Shown: in pieces, positions 26,501 to 39,300 of the stretch
Position numbering within the stretch: position 1 is the stretch's first letter
Layout: the number at the start of each line of letters is the position of its first letter
NCBI RefSeq assembly: GCF_964355755.1
Contig: NC_092671.1
Location: forward strand, 10,602,001 to 10,666,000
Direction: 5' to 3'
DNA: 64,000 bases
Origin: Antedon mediterranea
Taxonomy: Eukaryota; Animalia; Echinodermata
Program-made: the position numbers and the translations under genes
Notes under the pieces: generated by a model
Database searches by the model: none
The model's input: only the letters and a program-made list of their open reading frames with translations
Told to the model about the DNA's origin: nothing

Positions 26501-27170
26501 TCAAACCCTTCTTTAAAAACGCCTATCTAATATGGGGCAGAGTTAAGTATAGTGAGTGGTCACATATACCTTTCAAGAGTGCGTACGCTCTGTCAACGTT
26601 CCATTTTCTAGCTCTTAAAAATCGAACCAAGAATGCGTTGTCTTTCTTGCTACATATTTTAAAAACCTCTGCCGCTATATCATCGTTGTCCCTTGAGTCT
26701 GAAACAACCAGAATAAGACATTTCTTGTTTTTCTCACTTCAAAATACATGTTACATTTTGTATTCAGAAAGGTAGATTTGACGTCGTGCAGAACAAGAAA
26801 TATGAGTGTCGAATGAGCACAAACTAATAAATCGTGTCTAATGTTAAAACGATTTGGTAAAAATATGTATTTGTGCGGTGAAAATCTACATGCAAAAGAA
26901 TGCCTATGCTATGGTTTTACATCTTTATTAAAGTAAAACATACAAATGTATATACATATTGTTTGTATTTACTGCTATCGAATCGAAGAACAGTATCTCA
27001 TTAAAATCAGCTTCAGATTTCTTACCTTGTATAACACTATTTAGCATTTGAATGTGTTCTGTTTGATCGTCCGGTTCAAACAGCTCATTTTTAGCCTTTA
27101 CAATAGCTTCTTCTGACAGTCCCATACAAGTGTCTAAAACAGGAACATCGCATGATTTTTTAAATGGCAT
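23595..27170 (-). CDS. CRAL-TRIO lipid/retinoid-binding protein, RLBP1(CRALBP)/clavesin-like
   Basis: Six exons (approx. 27170-27026, 26700-26570, 26275-26097, 25016-24858, 24188-24077, 23745-23595) give [87 protein letters not shown]; stop TAG at 23595-23597. Confidence 0.9.
23867..23955. repeat. Three-copy ~31-bp intronic tandem repeat
   Basis: ggactggacgtgaatagtcaat.. repeated three times with substitutions. Confidence 0.7.
24200..24512 (-). mobile_element. tRNA-derived SINE (CORE-like central domain, L2-like tail)
   Basis: Minus strand shows B-box gaggttcgaatcc, core-like agacacttta..cctctctccacccaggtgtataaatggg, and a 3' end aggcgctatataaatcc..(tat)n. Confidence 0.7.
25151..25321. mobile_element. 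Palindromic MITE family B (Harbinger-like)
   Basis: TIRs AGCTTGGTTCTCACTAGGACG / CGTCCTAGTGGGAACCAAGCT with TAA/TTA flanks, internal (acgca) repeats; degenerate relative at ~53935-54055. Confidence 0.75.
25460..25999. mobile_element. Kolobok-like non-autonomous element, copy 2 (inverted relative to 5905-6450)
   Basis: Same TIRs, TTAA TSD at 25456-25459 and 26000-26003, internal sequence is the reverse complement of copy 1. Confidence 0.85.
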
Positions 27171-27689
27171 TGTACACCTGGCTTTGTGAGGCTTACCGTA
27201 CAATCAATATCTTCCTAATATCTTCGTAAATTGTAATTATGTCGAGAAACATTGACGTACGTGGTTGTTGAAAGAATTTAGAATCAATCAGTTCTGAGCT
27301 GCACACAATTTATGAATTTAAGTCCTAAAAATAAGCATAATGTGTTTAGAGTACTAATTACGTACATGGTTTCTATGATAATTATAATGAAGGATAAGAC
27401 CATAATAACCACAGCATCATACGCTTTATCATTGCTACAATAGAGAAAAAACGAAATTGAAGAAAAAAATCACACACAAATATAAATTATTGATTCATCT
27501 GTCAATACATTTATCTAATCGAATCATTATCATTTCATCATTCATTAATTTGGTCAAATCAATTTCAACAATATGAAAGAATTAAACCGAGTTATATTAA
27601 TTATCATCAAACAATTACAATATAATAATTGTTATTTTTCTTAGCTTTCTAACCTAATATCACAGACTTGATGGCATATAATTATTTTT

Positions 27690-29562
27690 GATATTTTAAA
27701 AATTCTTTTTAACGCCATATTTTTAGTTGGAAAATTTCCCAAACAATGGGCGTCAAGCTTAATCGTTCCAATTTTTAAAAATGGAGATAAAAACAAACCT
27801 GAAAATTATAGAGGTATTTCTTTAATTCCAATCCTAGGAAAAATATTTTTACATATTCTTAATTCTAGGTTAACACAATTTACAAATAGTAAAAAGTTAA
27901 TTCATGAGGAACAAGCAGGCTTTCGTAAGGGATATAGAACGACAGATAATATATTCATTTTAGATACCCTCATCTCTAAATACTTAGATAAAAAGCGGGG
28001 TAGGATTTTTGTTTGTTTTGTTGATCTTAAACGTGCCTTTGACTCTATAAATCATACACTTTTACTACATAAGTTGAAATGTATCGGTGTTTCAGGCAGA
28101 ATGTTACACATAATAAATTCCTTATACCAAAACTTATCTGCTCATGTTAAAATTGGCAACAAACTTAGTCCATCTTTTAATTGTTCGATTGGAGTACAAC
28201 AAGGTTCTCCGTTGTCGTCTTTACTCTTTAATATTTACATTAATGATTTGAGTGGTATACTTAATCAGGTAAACGATTTCATTCAAATTAGAGATTGTCA
28301 TATAAATCATCTTCTTTATGCAGATGACTTAGTGCTTGTTAGTGATACGGTGAAAGGTCTCCAAAAATTAATAAATAAACTTGAACTTTATTGTGATACT
28401 TGGAAACTTACTGTAAACACTACAAAATCCAAAATTATGGTTTTTAAAAATGGCCGCAATTTAAGGAACATTGAAAAATGGAAGTATAAAAATATTCAAT
28501 TAAAAATTGTTAATTCGTATAATTATCTTGGTGTTATTTTTAGTTCAAATGGTGCATGGAACAACTCAACGCAACATAACCAACAAAAAGCAAATCAAAG
28601 TTTATTCTGCTTAAAATCATTTATTTATCTTATCTTTTCTTCCAATTAATACATGGAACCATATTTTTGATGTGAAAATACTTCCTATTTTAACGTATGG
28701 AAGCGAAATCTGGGGAATGTCAGATAGCACAAACATTATAGAAAAAACACAAGTTGGAAAAAATGCACCAAATGCCGCTGTTACTTCTGAGTTAGGTAGA
28801 TTACCACTTTCTTTGGATTGTTTAGTTACAGTTATAAGATTTTGGTTACATATTATTACTTTAGATCATGACAGATTCATTTTTAAGTGTTATGAGTTTC
28901 AACTTAGAAAAGTTAACCGTAATGAGAATTGTTGGGCACAACAGGTCAAACACTTACTCTTTTCTACTGGTTTTGGTTATATATGGTTACAACAATATGT
29001 TAATAGTAAAGGTTTATTTTTGAGAGAATTTAAGTTGCGTTTATGTGATATTGAAAAACAAAAATGCATTCAAAAATTTAGTTTACATAATAAGTTAAGG
29101 CTCTTTTCTCTTTATAAAAAAGAAATATGTTTAAGTTATCACTTGACCAACATCATTAATTTTAAACAAAGAAGATTATTAACTAAGTTACGTTTAGGGA
29201 TATTAGAGCTAGAAATTGAAAAGGGCAGATGGGAGGGTGTAGAAAGATATAAGAGAACGTGTAAATTATGTAAAAAGAACATTGTTGAGGATGAATATCA
29301 TTTTATTTTGCAATGCACATTTTATAATGATTTAAGAAAAAGTTTTATTCCAAGATTTATTCGTGTTTTTCCTTCTATTAATAAGCTTTGTTTATTACTT
29401 TCCAACACAAATTTTACTTATAATTTAGGAAAATACGTCTACTTTGCTTTTGAAAGAAGAAACAATTATCTTAAGTTATAGTTAATTATTATTTGTTTGT
29501 ATTAGGGCCAAAGGCCAATATACTTTGAACCAATAAATTCCCTGAAAAGGGAAAGAAGAAGA
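27690..29562 (+). mobile_element. 5'-truncated non-LTR retrotransposon (RT plus C-terminal CCHC knuckle; RTE-X-like), disrupted
   Basis: RT motifs NYRGISL, EEQAGFRKG, FVDLKRAFDS, GVQQGSPLS..FNIYIND, LLYADD, YLGV; frameshift/deletion near 28630-28750; LEIEKGRW..CKLC..VEDEYHFILQC; AATAAA followed by a (GAA)n tail. Confidence 0.9.
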
Positions 29563-29913
29563 ATACGATATTTGAAAATGAAAATCAGCTATGATAACAT
29601 CGCTGTTACCTTGTTGTCTATAGCTTGTTTTTTTATATTTTATTTTATGTGTTTTCCTTAATTTCATAAATTTTAATTAACTAGATGGTACGCGAGCGAA
29701 GCGAGCGTACCATCTAGGTCGTGCCCACAGATGGTTCTCGAATACACAGTAATTTTTCAGCGTATCAAAACTGGCGATTTCAAATGTACGTACCGCAGGA
29801 CTATAATACATTGTCGTTTACAGAAACGAATAAATAGACACGATGATTTTTGTAGTCAACTAAAATTAGCACCCTGGGAATTACTTCCGAAGGAGAAACT
29901 TAGGGTGTCACGA

Positions 29914-30966
29914 AACCTAAGACCACGAAAGCTAAGACCCCCTAAGACCTAAGATCACGAAAGCTAAGACCCAAGACCTAATATTACAAATATTTATCTT
30001 TCGCACCTGCCTTGTATTTTAACTCCCAACATTTATTCTGAATACCACACCTTAGAATTAGCACTTTATGAAAAAGAATCACATAAAAAGTAACAAATAC
30101 ATTTTCAAATTGATGATTTTACAGACGTTTTTCTCGCACACATACTGTTTGCGAATTTCGCATGGCCTACACTACAGTTAGGCCTACATCATGTTCAATG
30201 TTTTTGTTTCTATGGAACGTCAATAGAGCAAAAATTATATAGAGGGCTGAAAACTCTGTGGAGTCCATCTACAGTGTGGATGGAACAATGTGAAATTAAA
30301 ATTGTAATAATAATAGTATAATCATGCTAGTACGAAGAAATAAATACTCGCAAATAAATTTTAATTTAAAAATCATGATAATAAGTTTTTTTGTTTCGTT
30401 TTCTTTCTGTTTTTATACTTTTACTATTATTGTTGCTCTTTTGGCGCTTCATAGAAACAAAAACATTGAGCATGAGGAGTTACAGTATACAGAGAAACAC
30501 GTCTGTAAAAACATCAATTTAAAGAATTTGTTTATTTGTTTTTATGTGTTTCTCCTTCTGAAAGTACTTATATAAGTCCTAATTTTAAAGTGTGATATTC
30601 AGAATAAAGTCAGTTAACAAATTTGGAGTCAAAATACAAGAAAGGCAGGTGCGAAAGAAAAACATCCTCTGAACCAACACAATGGAGTAAATATATACCA
30701 ACAAACAACCAGTCAAGTTTGTTTGTTGTAAAGGAAAATATACATTTACTCAACGGGCGAAAATAATGTGAGTTTATCTATGTTTGCGGTAGTATTTAAT
30801 TATATTTATGGTAATAAATGAAATCTACTATGTTTAAAATTATGTATGGATAAACAAGTATTGTTTTTAAGCTGTAGTATATCTTAGAATTTACAATCTT
30901 AGGTCTTGGGTCTTAGCTTTCGTGATCTTAGGTCTTAGGGGGTCTTAGCTTTCGTGGTCTTAGGTT
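29914..30966. mobile_element. Foldback-type element with modular TIRs and a second internal inverted repeat
   Basis: aacctaagaccacgaaagctaagaccccctaagacctaagatcacgaaagctaagacccaagacctaa (29914-29981) is inverted at 30899-30966; internal arms ~29997-30230 and ~30440-30660 are also reverse complements. Confidence 0.8.
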
Positions 30967-31118
30967 ATCAAAATGAGTCCAAATTTTTTATTTGGACTCA
31001 TTTAAAGAAACCCAATTTGTGTTTTGTATGTAATATTAGGTTTGAGGGATGGGAAAGCGGATAGGTACAAAGAGGAACAATTTTTAAATATATTCTTTAT
31101 CCACTCAGTAACGAAATA

Positions 31119-31762
31119 TTTTTAGTCGCGTGGACGCGACTCTATAGTTCACTATGTCGGTCGGTCGGTCGGTCGGTCTGGTATCACTATGCGTTTTATC
31201 GCTTTCTGACTTTATCTTGATATCAGTTTAATTTAGCTAAGTCAATTTTTCAGAGTATATTCCCTTATGGCCAGGAATCGATGTGGTTACGTTTTCACGG
31301 TGCGCAATAAAAAATTACGCGGTGTGCGCACGATTTAACGAAATCACGTTTGTAATCATATCTTCACAACCATGAATCACAATTAAATAAAATTTGGTAC
31401 TCATACATTTCAGGGCATAAATCATCATTTGGCAATACAATTACGCTTAACATTTTCAAAATTTATTTTCGATGAAATAAGAGTACGTTTCAGGCAATTT
31501 TAAGCGTTTACAAAATTGCCATGAGTGCGCAGATTTTTGCCCGATTTCTGTTTTCTTGACTTACTTTTCAACTCAAAATTATGTTATACGAGCACGTCAA
31601 AAGTGACAGGCTACGCACGTGTAAATTAAAAAAATATAAATGTTTTTAAACATTTCAACATTTTTAAACATGTTCAGTAATTTTGGTCAGTTGGTAGGTT
31701 GGTCGGTCGGTCGGTAAACACTAATGAGCACGCGACTGCAGCCATCTATATGGCCTTGTTTT
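31119..31762 (+). mobile_element. Helentron-associated non-autonomous element (HINE/DINE-1-like)
   Basis: Starts in a T-run with subterminal palindrome agtcgcgtggacgcgact, has a (GGTC)n microsatellite near both ends, and ends with cacgcgact plus a small stem-loop gcc..ggcc before ttgtttt. Confidence 0.7.
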
Positions 31763-32462
31763 CATGTATAGGCCTATAAATACTATACCTCTAAATACAG
31801 TAAAACATTTGCGATTTAATAAATAATACTTTGTTAAAACTGTCACTGTCATAATCGATTGAAATATTAAAGTACATGTCACGATACACCACTACGACGT
31901 TTATATTTTTGGTAATTATTAATTAATACAAACGTTGAGAAGTATAAAGTATAAAATTTATTTGCCTATCCACAATCTCAGTAATAAAGTTTATTTGTAT
32001 ATATTTTTATATTAAATCTAACAGTACGAACATTCACAGTAAGAAAATTTCGATTCAAATGAGGACCAACAATAGTTAATAGGTATTTACAGTATTGTCA
32101 AAGTATTGAAAGTTTATTCTCAAAGGGCCCATATATTTACCTACCGTATGTGTTTAACCAAGGGCTCATAAATTTACCTACTTGTGTTAAACCAAACTCT
32201 GGCAGACTGAGAGATTGGGATGTTCCATTCATCGCAAATCAATACATTTGTATAAACGTATATTAAATCTATCAAAATAGTATTTTTTTACGAAAATCGG
32301 CCTGTCTTCAACATTATGATTCTGTACTCTAGCTGTTCAACCGGTTTTCAGCTATTAAAAACAATTATCGTAGGAGGAGATAGGAAAATGCGAAGCCTCC
32401 TCGCATTTTTGTGGCGGGTATTTTTCAAGATGGACATCCATTAGACCGTGTATACCACGATC

Positions 32463-33562
32463 TCTGTCTGAACGGTCTAGACTGTCTGTCTGTCTGTCTG
32501 AACTGTCTAGACTGTCTGTCTGTCTAGACTGTCTGTCTGTCTAGACTGTCTGTCTGTCTGAACTGTCTAGACTGTATGTCTGTCTAGACTGTCTTTCTGT
32601 CTGAACTGTCTAGACTGTCTGTCTGTCTAGACTGTCTGTCTGTCTGTCTGTCTAGACTGTCTTCCTGTCTAAACTGTCTGTCTGTCTGAACTGTCTAGAC
32701 TGTCTGTCTGTCTAGACTGTCTGTCTGTCTGAACTGTCCAGACTGTCTGTCTAGACTGTCCTGTCTGTCTGTCTGAACTGTCTAGACTGTCTGTGTCTGT
32801 CTGAACTGTCTAGACTGTATGTCTGTCTAGACTGTCTGTCTGTCTAGACTGTCTGTCTGTCTGAACTGTCTAGACTGTCTGTCTGTCTAGAATGTCTGTC
32901 TGTCTGAACTGTCTAGACTGTCTGTCGGTCTAGATTGTCTGTCTGTCTGAACTGTCTTGACTGTCTGTCTGTCTGTCTAGACTGTCTGTCTGAACGGTCT
33001 AGACTGTCTGTCTGTCTAGACTGTCTGTCTGTCTGAACTGTCTAGACTGCCTATCTGTCTAGACTGTCTGTCTGTCTGAACTGTCTACACAGACAGACAG
33101 TCTAGACAGACAGACAGTCTAGACAGTTCAGACAGACAGACAGACTAGACAGACAGACAGTCTAGACAGTTCAGACAGACAGTCTAGACAGACAGACAGA
33201 CAGTCAAGACAGACAGACAGTCTAGACCGACAGACAGGTCTAGACTGTCTGTCTGTCTGAACTGTCTAGACTGTCTGTCTGTCTGTTTGTTTGAACTGTC
33301 TAGACTGTCTGTCTGTTTGAACTGTCTGTCTGGCTGAACTGTCTAGACTGTCTGTCTGTCTGAACTGTCTAGACTGTCTGTCTGTCTGAACTGTCTAGCC
33401 TTTCTGGCCTGTCTGTCCAGCCTATCTGGCCTGTCTGTCTAGCCTGTCTGGGCTGTCTGTCTAGCCTGTCTGTCTAGTCTGTCTAGCCTGTCTGTTGGGG
33501 CTGTCTGTCTAGCCTGTCTGTCTAGTCTGTCTGTTTAGCCTGTCTGTCTAGCCTGTCTGCCT
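32463..33562. repeat. Complex (CTGT)n microsatellite with TCTAGA/TCTGAA interruptions and an internal inversion
   Basis: About 1.1 kb of ctgt units; 33088-33237 reads (agac)n, i.e. the opposite strand. Confidence 0.93.
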
Positions 33563-35783
33563 AAATCTCCTACAAATGTTCAAGTAGCTCCTGAAGATGG
33601 AGAACAAAAGAAATTCCATGTCCGTAATGCTAAGACACTAACGCTCAAAATAAAGGCTATCCCTGAATTTGAAAGAATACTTGATCCCAAGTTTTCTAGT
33701 TGGCCAAAACTTAAGATGGTCACATCAAGAGTTGTGTCCTTAAAGCAGTTACCAAAGAACCAATGGTTAAAGAAGTTAACTTTACAAATTTCTGAGTGGC
33801 CTTCACCCCATGCATTGAAGGAAGCTGAGTTGCTTTGGATCCGACAGGGACAAGCTGAGATAAATTTCAATGATCACAACATCATGAAGCTAGATCCAGT
33901 CTTCGATGAGAAAGAAGGAGTGTACCGTGTTGGTGGACGGATTAAGAATGCACCACAGTCGTATGACATAAGACACCCTTACCTACTACCGAGGGGAAGC
34001 CATATCATTTTACTGATTGTTCGGGATCGACACAGACACTCTTCGCATGGGGGCCACCTGAAAACCGCATCAGAGGTCAGAAAGAAGTTTTGGATTATTT
34101 GGGATACCAACATCTCAAAAACAGTTGTACGACAATTACTATTTGTAGGAGACACAAAGGGAAGCCAAAAAAGCAGAAGATGGCTGACCTACCAGACTTC
34201 CGAGTGAAACCATGCTCACCGCCATTTAGTTCCACACTCGTAGACTATCTGGGCCCAGTTAACGTAAAACTGAACAAAAATACCACCACAAAAGGATATT
34301 GTGCAGTTTTTACATGTGCCGTAACTAGAGCTGTATCCAAGATCTTACTACCCAAGCGTTCCTACAAGCATGGAACGATTTGCATCAGAGGAGCACCATC
34401 TTTGTTGGTGAGTGACAATGGCACATGTTTCAGAGGGGCTGACAATACAATAAATGAGTTGAATTTGAGACTAGACGAGACGAAGATACGAGAACAATGC
34501 CAACGTTATAATGTGCAGTGGAAATTTGGACCACCAGGTGGACCTCATCACCTAGGAGCTGTTGAGCGCATGGTTCAAGAGGTGAAGAAAGGCATGAGAC
34601 AGTTGGTGAAAGCTGATAGACTAACATTTGTTGAATGGGAGACGGTGTTCTGTCAGATATCTGGTCTTATCAATAGTCGACCTTTGACGGCCAAGTCATC
34701 ATCGCCCCTGGATCATCCGCCATTTACTCCTAATCATTTCCTGATTGGAAGAGGTGATTTACAGTGTCCGGAATTAGTACCGTATGAAGAATTCCATGGA
34801 AATTTGAGAAAACGGAGAGAAATTTGTAACTCTATGATGAATGGTTTCTGGCACCGATGGATGGAGTGCATCCATAAGCTCTCACCAAGACTTAAATGGC
34901 AGAAATAAATGGAGAATTAAATGGAAGGCAACATAGTGCTTGTTATTGGTGAGAACAAGAAACGTTGTAGTTAGAAAATGGCAGAAGTCAGTAAAGTTTA
35001 TCCAGGGAAAGATGACCTTGTTAGGATTGTTGACATAAGATTTGCAGATGGTACCAATGCTAAGAAACCGGTTACTATAAGTTGATCATGCTAATGAAGA
35101 GCACCGAACGTTTAGACATGTAGTGATATGTGGATCAGATGAAGTTCTTTGACCACTGTGATTGATAATTTAAAGTGTAATTGACATTTATGAACTTTTC
35201 ATTGTTACATTTAAAGTTGTAGACTTACTTATTGTTACTAGTTGTGACCATCCGTCACTTTTTTAGGGGGCTGTGATGTCATGACGTCATTTGTTTTCAA
35301 TTTGTGAGTAGCGTGCCAGTGCGCGTACAATACGCAGGTTGAATTTGGTATCGTGTGAGATATTCATGCAGTTTAATCATCTTTATTTGTTATTTGGAAC
35401 CCTTTGGGTGAGTTTTAATTATAATCGTTTATTAATATGTTTAGCCAGGAGTCTGCGGGGGCAGTCTTTGAGTTGTTTACACCTTTAAAAATTATATATT
35501 TTATTGTTGTTAAAGTTCATATATCTAGACCTCGCTTGACGTACGTTATCATTTCGTAGTCGAGTCGGCGTACGAGTGTCTACGTCTTTCTAGAGGGGAT
35601 AGTCGTAGTACTATTCTTTATTATCATATGTTTCGAAGTATTTGTTGACTACAGAACTATATACTTAGTGTATTTTGTTTGTTCTTATAGACAACCCAAC
35701 ACAGTTGTTGAATAATAAAACTAATAAAGACAACATATTGCAACAACGTGTTCACCTCTTTATTTCTCACCGATTCCACAACA
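33563..35783 (+). mobile_element. BEL/Pao LTR retrotransposon 3' fragment (integrase region) with PPT and 3' LTR
   Basis: RVGGRI, HPYLLP, H..SHGG zinc-binding region, MADLPDFRV, DDE motifs VDYLGP / SDNGTCF / GAVERMV, NSRPL..TPNHFL, YPGKDDLVRIV; frameshifts and stops; PPT aggggg at ~35265 then LTR TGT(35272)...ACA(35783) containing AATAAA. Confidence 0.9.
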
Positions 35784-36309
35784 TAATTTTTAATTCATGC
35801 AAACATTCCTAAAAGATATGTTTATTTCTTTTCTACAGTATCCATTGTAACTTAATTTAATAGTTTAACAATATTCATTGCAATTTTAACCAAAAACCAT
35901 TGTCTGAGAGACAATATAAGTATTCTTTTCAATTACAGTGAATAATTATTATATAACTTTAAAATGGCATATTAAAAAAAATTGTAAAAAAATTTTTTTA
36001 GGGGACAATACTGTATCTTTAAATGAAGTTTGTTGTGATGACACGCTTGAGTTGTTACAAAGTGACCTCATCTCATTGACCTTATTCGCACGTTTCATAT
36101 CATACAAGATAGTAAACACACCCGGAGATTCTGTATTGTTTGCTATACGGTATTTTTTTATTGCCTTGTCATTGTGTTTACAGTATTCAAATCGTTTATC
36201 ATTATATAGCGGATGCCTGCGATTAGGTTTAATATTCCTCTATGCAAACATTAAATAATATCATCGGTAATGACCACAGTGTGTAAAGTGTACTTCGTAT
36301 CGTAGGCCT

Positions 36310-39300
36310 ATGCACCACACTGGTGGTGACCAGCTCGCTTCGGCTACAGCTGCAACAAATCGTTCTCCCGCCCGAAACAATTTGAAGAACGGAAGGACAG
36401 AAGCAGTTGAAATGGAAGATGTCAATAGTACAGTACAATATGGAATTGAAGGAGACTCGATGTTATCAACTGAGGAAGACACTCCGTTGTTAAATGCTGA
36501 GGATGAAGATGATGAAAGAGAAGCCAAAGGTAATTACACTACAGTCGACCTACTGTACTTCTAGGCCTACATACAGACTGACCTCAATGTTATAAATCAA
36601 TATTCCTGCTTAGTTAGTATACTATCTGAACATCACACAAATAAAAAAAGTGCAGCAATTCGATATTCAACCTGCACATCAAAACTCATACAATTTATAA
36701 ACACTGCTGCGGCTGTATGTGACCATTTTTATATTTTTTTAAAATATCATTTAAATTTTAACTACTAAATATTTTTTTAGATGGTTCTGGACTATCTTAC
36801 GATGAATCAATTGAAATTGTTGGTAGGTTTGTTTCTTAAATTATCATTTCTTCTAATTATCATTCTTAACCTTTACAATAGTTTAATTTAAATAATGAAT
36901 TGTTAAGTAGAGGAATCAACCAAGTCATAATTAGTTAAGATTAAAATTCATTCTTATTTATATATACTGTAAATTTTAGGCTTTGGAAAGTTTCATATTC
37001 TGCTATTAGCAGTATGTGGTTGGGCAAACGCCAGCGATGCCGTTGAAACCTTAAGCATATCATTTATCTTACCATCTGCAAAATGTGAGATGGACCTTAG
37101 CAGTTTCCAGCTTGGCGTACTCAGTGCAGCTATATTTCTGGGTAATATTTTAATGTTACTACCATCATACATATATTGAAGCTGAATGTACTTTGGTATG
37201 TTCTTGAACTCTGTCTACACTATCAAACTTTATGTGAACAAAATGTGATGTGCCCATATATGGATCATATCAGTCCTATTTGGGAATATCACTACCATAT
37301 TTGGACACTTCACAAATTAGTTTGATAGTGTAGATAGAGCTTTGGGTTAATCATTAAAACAAAATCACTTGAATGCATACACAAGTTTAGATACTAGTTC
37401 AGTTCTAATTTTGAAATTGTATTTTGAATTCTCGTAATTTGTTCTTTCCTCAGGAATGATGGTTGGTGGTTATGTTTGGGGTGCTCTGAGTGACATTCGA
37501 GGTCGTCGTTCGGTTCTGCTGTGGTCGTTGTCATGCAATGCCCTCTTTGGTCTGTTGTCGAGTATTGCACAGAGTTACTGGCTTTTTGTTCTTATGCGTT
37601 TTTTAAGTGGCGTTGGGTAAGGTATTTGTTTATATAACTTTACAGAAATGTAAATTTTCAAACCCCATATCTTATAATAAAGTAAGCATGTGTTTCTTTG
37701 TATTTTAGTGTTGGTGGAGCCACTCCAGTGATCTTCAGTTATTTTGGTGAATTTCAGCCTAAAAAGTGGCGAGGTGCAATGATAAGCTTACTGTCTATGT
37801 TTTGGATGTGTGGTAACATAATCGCAGCAGGAATCGCTTGGATAATTATTCCAAAAAGTATAAATAACTCAAGTAAAGGTTTTTCCTACACTAGCTGGCG
37901 TGTGTTTATTTCCTGTTGTGTTGTACCTGCTTTTACGTCAGTTTTAACATTCATTTTTATGCCTGAGAGCCCCAAGTTTTTACTTGAGGTAAGTGTATTT
38001 TATAACACACCTAACTAGATTGCATTGGTCGATTGTGTGTCACATGACATGAAATAAATGTCATGTAGACACTCAAGCGTCCCTTATCGTATCATCATTT
38101 TTTGTTACACAGTGAGTGAGTTAGATTTGTTACACAGTGAGTGAGTTAGATTTGTTACACAGTGAGTGAGTTAGATTTGTTACACAGTGAGTGAGTTAGA
38201 TTTGTTACACAGTGAGTGAGTTAGATTTGTTACACAGTGAGTGAGTTAGATTTGTTACACAGTGAGTGAGTTAGATTTGTTACACAGTGAGTGAGTTAGA
38301 TTTGTTACACAGTGAGTGAGTTAGATTTGTTACACAGTGAGTGAGTTAGATTTGTTACACAGTGAGTGAGTTAGATTTGTTACACAGTGAGTGAGTTAGA
38401 TTTGTTACACAGTGAGTGAGTTAGATTTGTTACACAGTGAGTGAGTTAGATTTGTTACACAGTGAGTGAGTTAGATTTGTTACACAGTGAGTGAGTTAGA
38501 TTTGTTACACAGTGAGTGAGTTAGATTTGTTACACAGTGAGTGAGTTAGATTTGTTACACAGTGAGTGAGTTAGATTTGTTACACAGTGAGTGAGTTAGA
38601 TTTGTTACACAGTGAGTGAGTTAGATTTGTTACACAGTGAGTGAGTTAGATTTGTTACACAGTGAGTGAGTTAGATTTGTTACACAGTGAGTGAGTTAGA
38701 TTTGTTACACAGTGAGTGAGTTAGATTTGTTCGTGGATAAAAAAAGACAACTTTGAGCCCTGTTTTTATTTGGTCTGCAACTAGTCAAAGACATTTTATT
38801 TTATTATCCATTTACACTGTTTGTATGTATACCAATACAGTTGAATGGTTCTTTAATGTATTTTCTACAATAGCGATGCCTCATATTTGTCTTATATTAT
38901 CATTGTAAAAAGCAGACCCAAATTCAATATATTTATAAATATATTTAATTTAGGTCTGCACTTTAAAATGTGTTGTGGTGACTTGCAATTTTTGTTTTAT
39001 TGGTTGAATATATTTTCTTTAGTACTTGGTCCAATAAGATTTATTTTTATAGTTTATATAAATATTTAGGTAATCAGTAACAAGAAACAATTATGAATAT
39101 TTCTTGCAGAATGGTCAGGAAGATAAAGCACTAAAAGCATTTAAAACAATGTGGTTACTAAATAAAGGAACAAGAAAAGGATTTAAGGTTTGTTTAAAGA
39201 AATATAGTTTAGTTTCTATTCTATTCTAGAATTGTAGAAGATGACCTTGCTACATTAACGTCAAATAATCCAAGGTCAATTTTTATGAAAGTCCTGATTC

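Noticed and set aside
38101-38731. CRISPR-like array (25-bp unit)
   Set aside because: Units are contiguous with no unique spacers, lie in a eukaryotic intron, and no cas genes are present.
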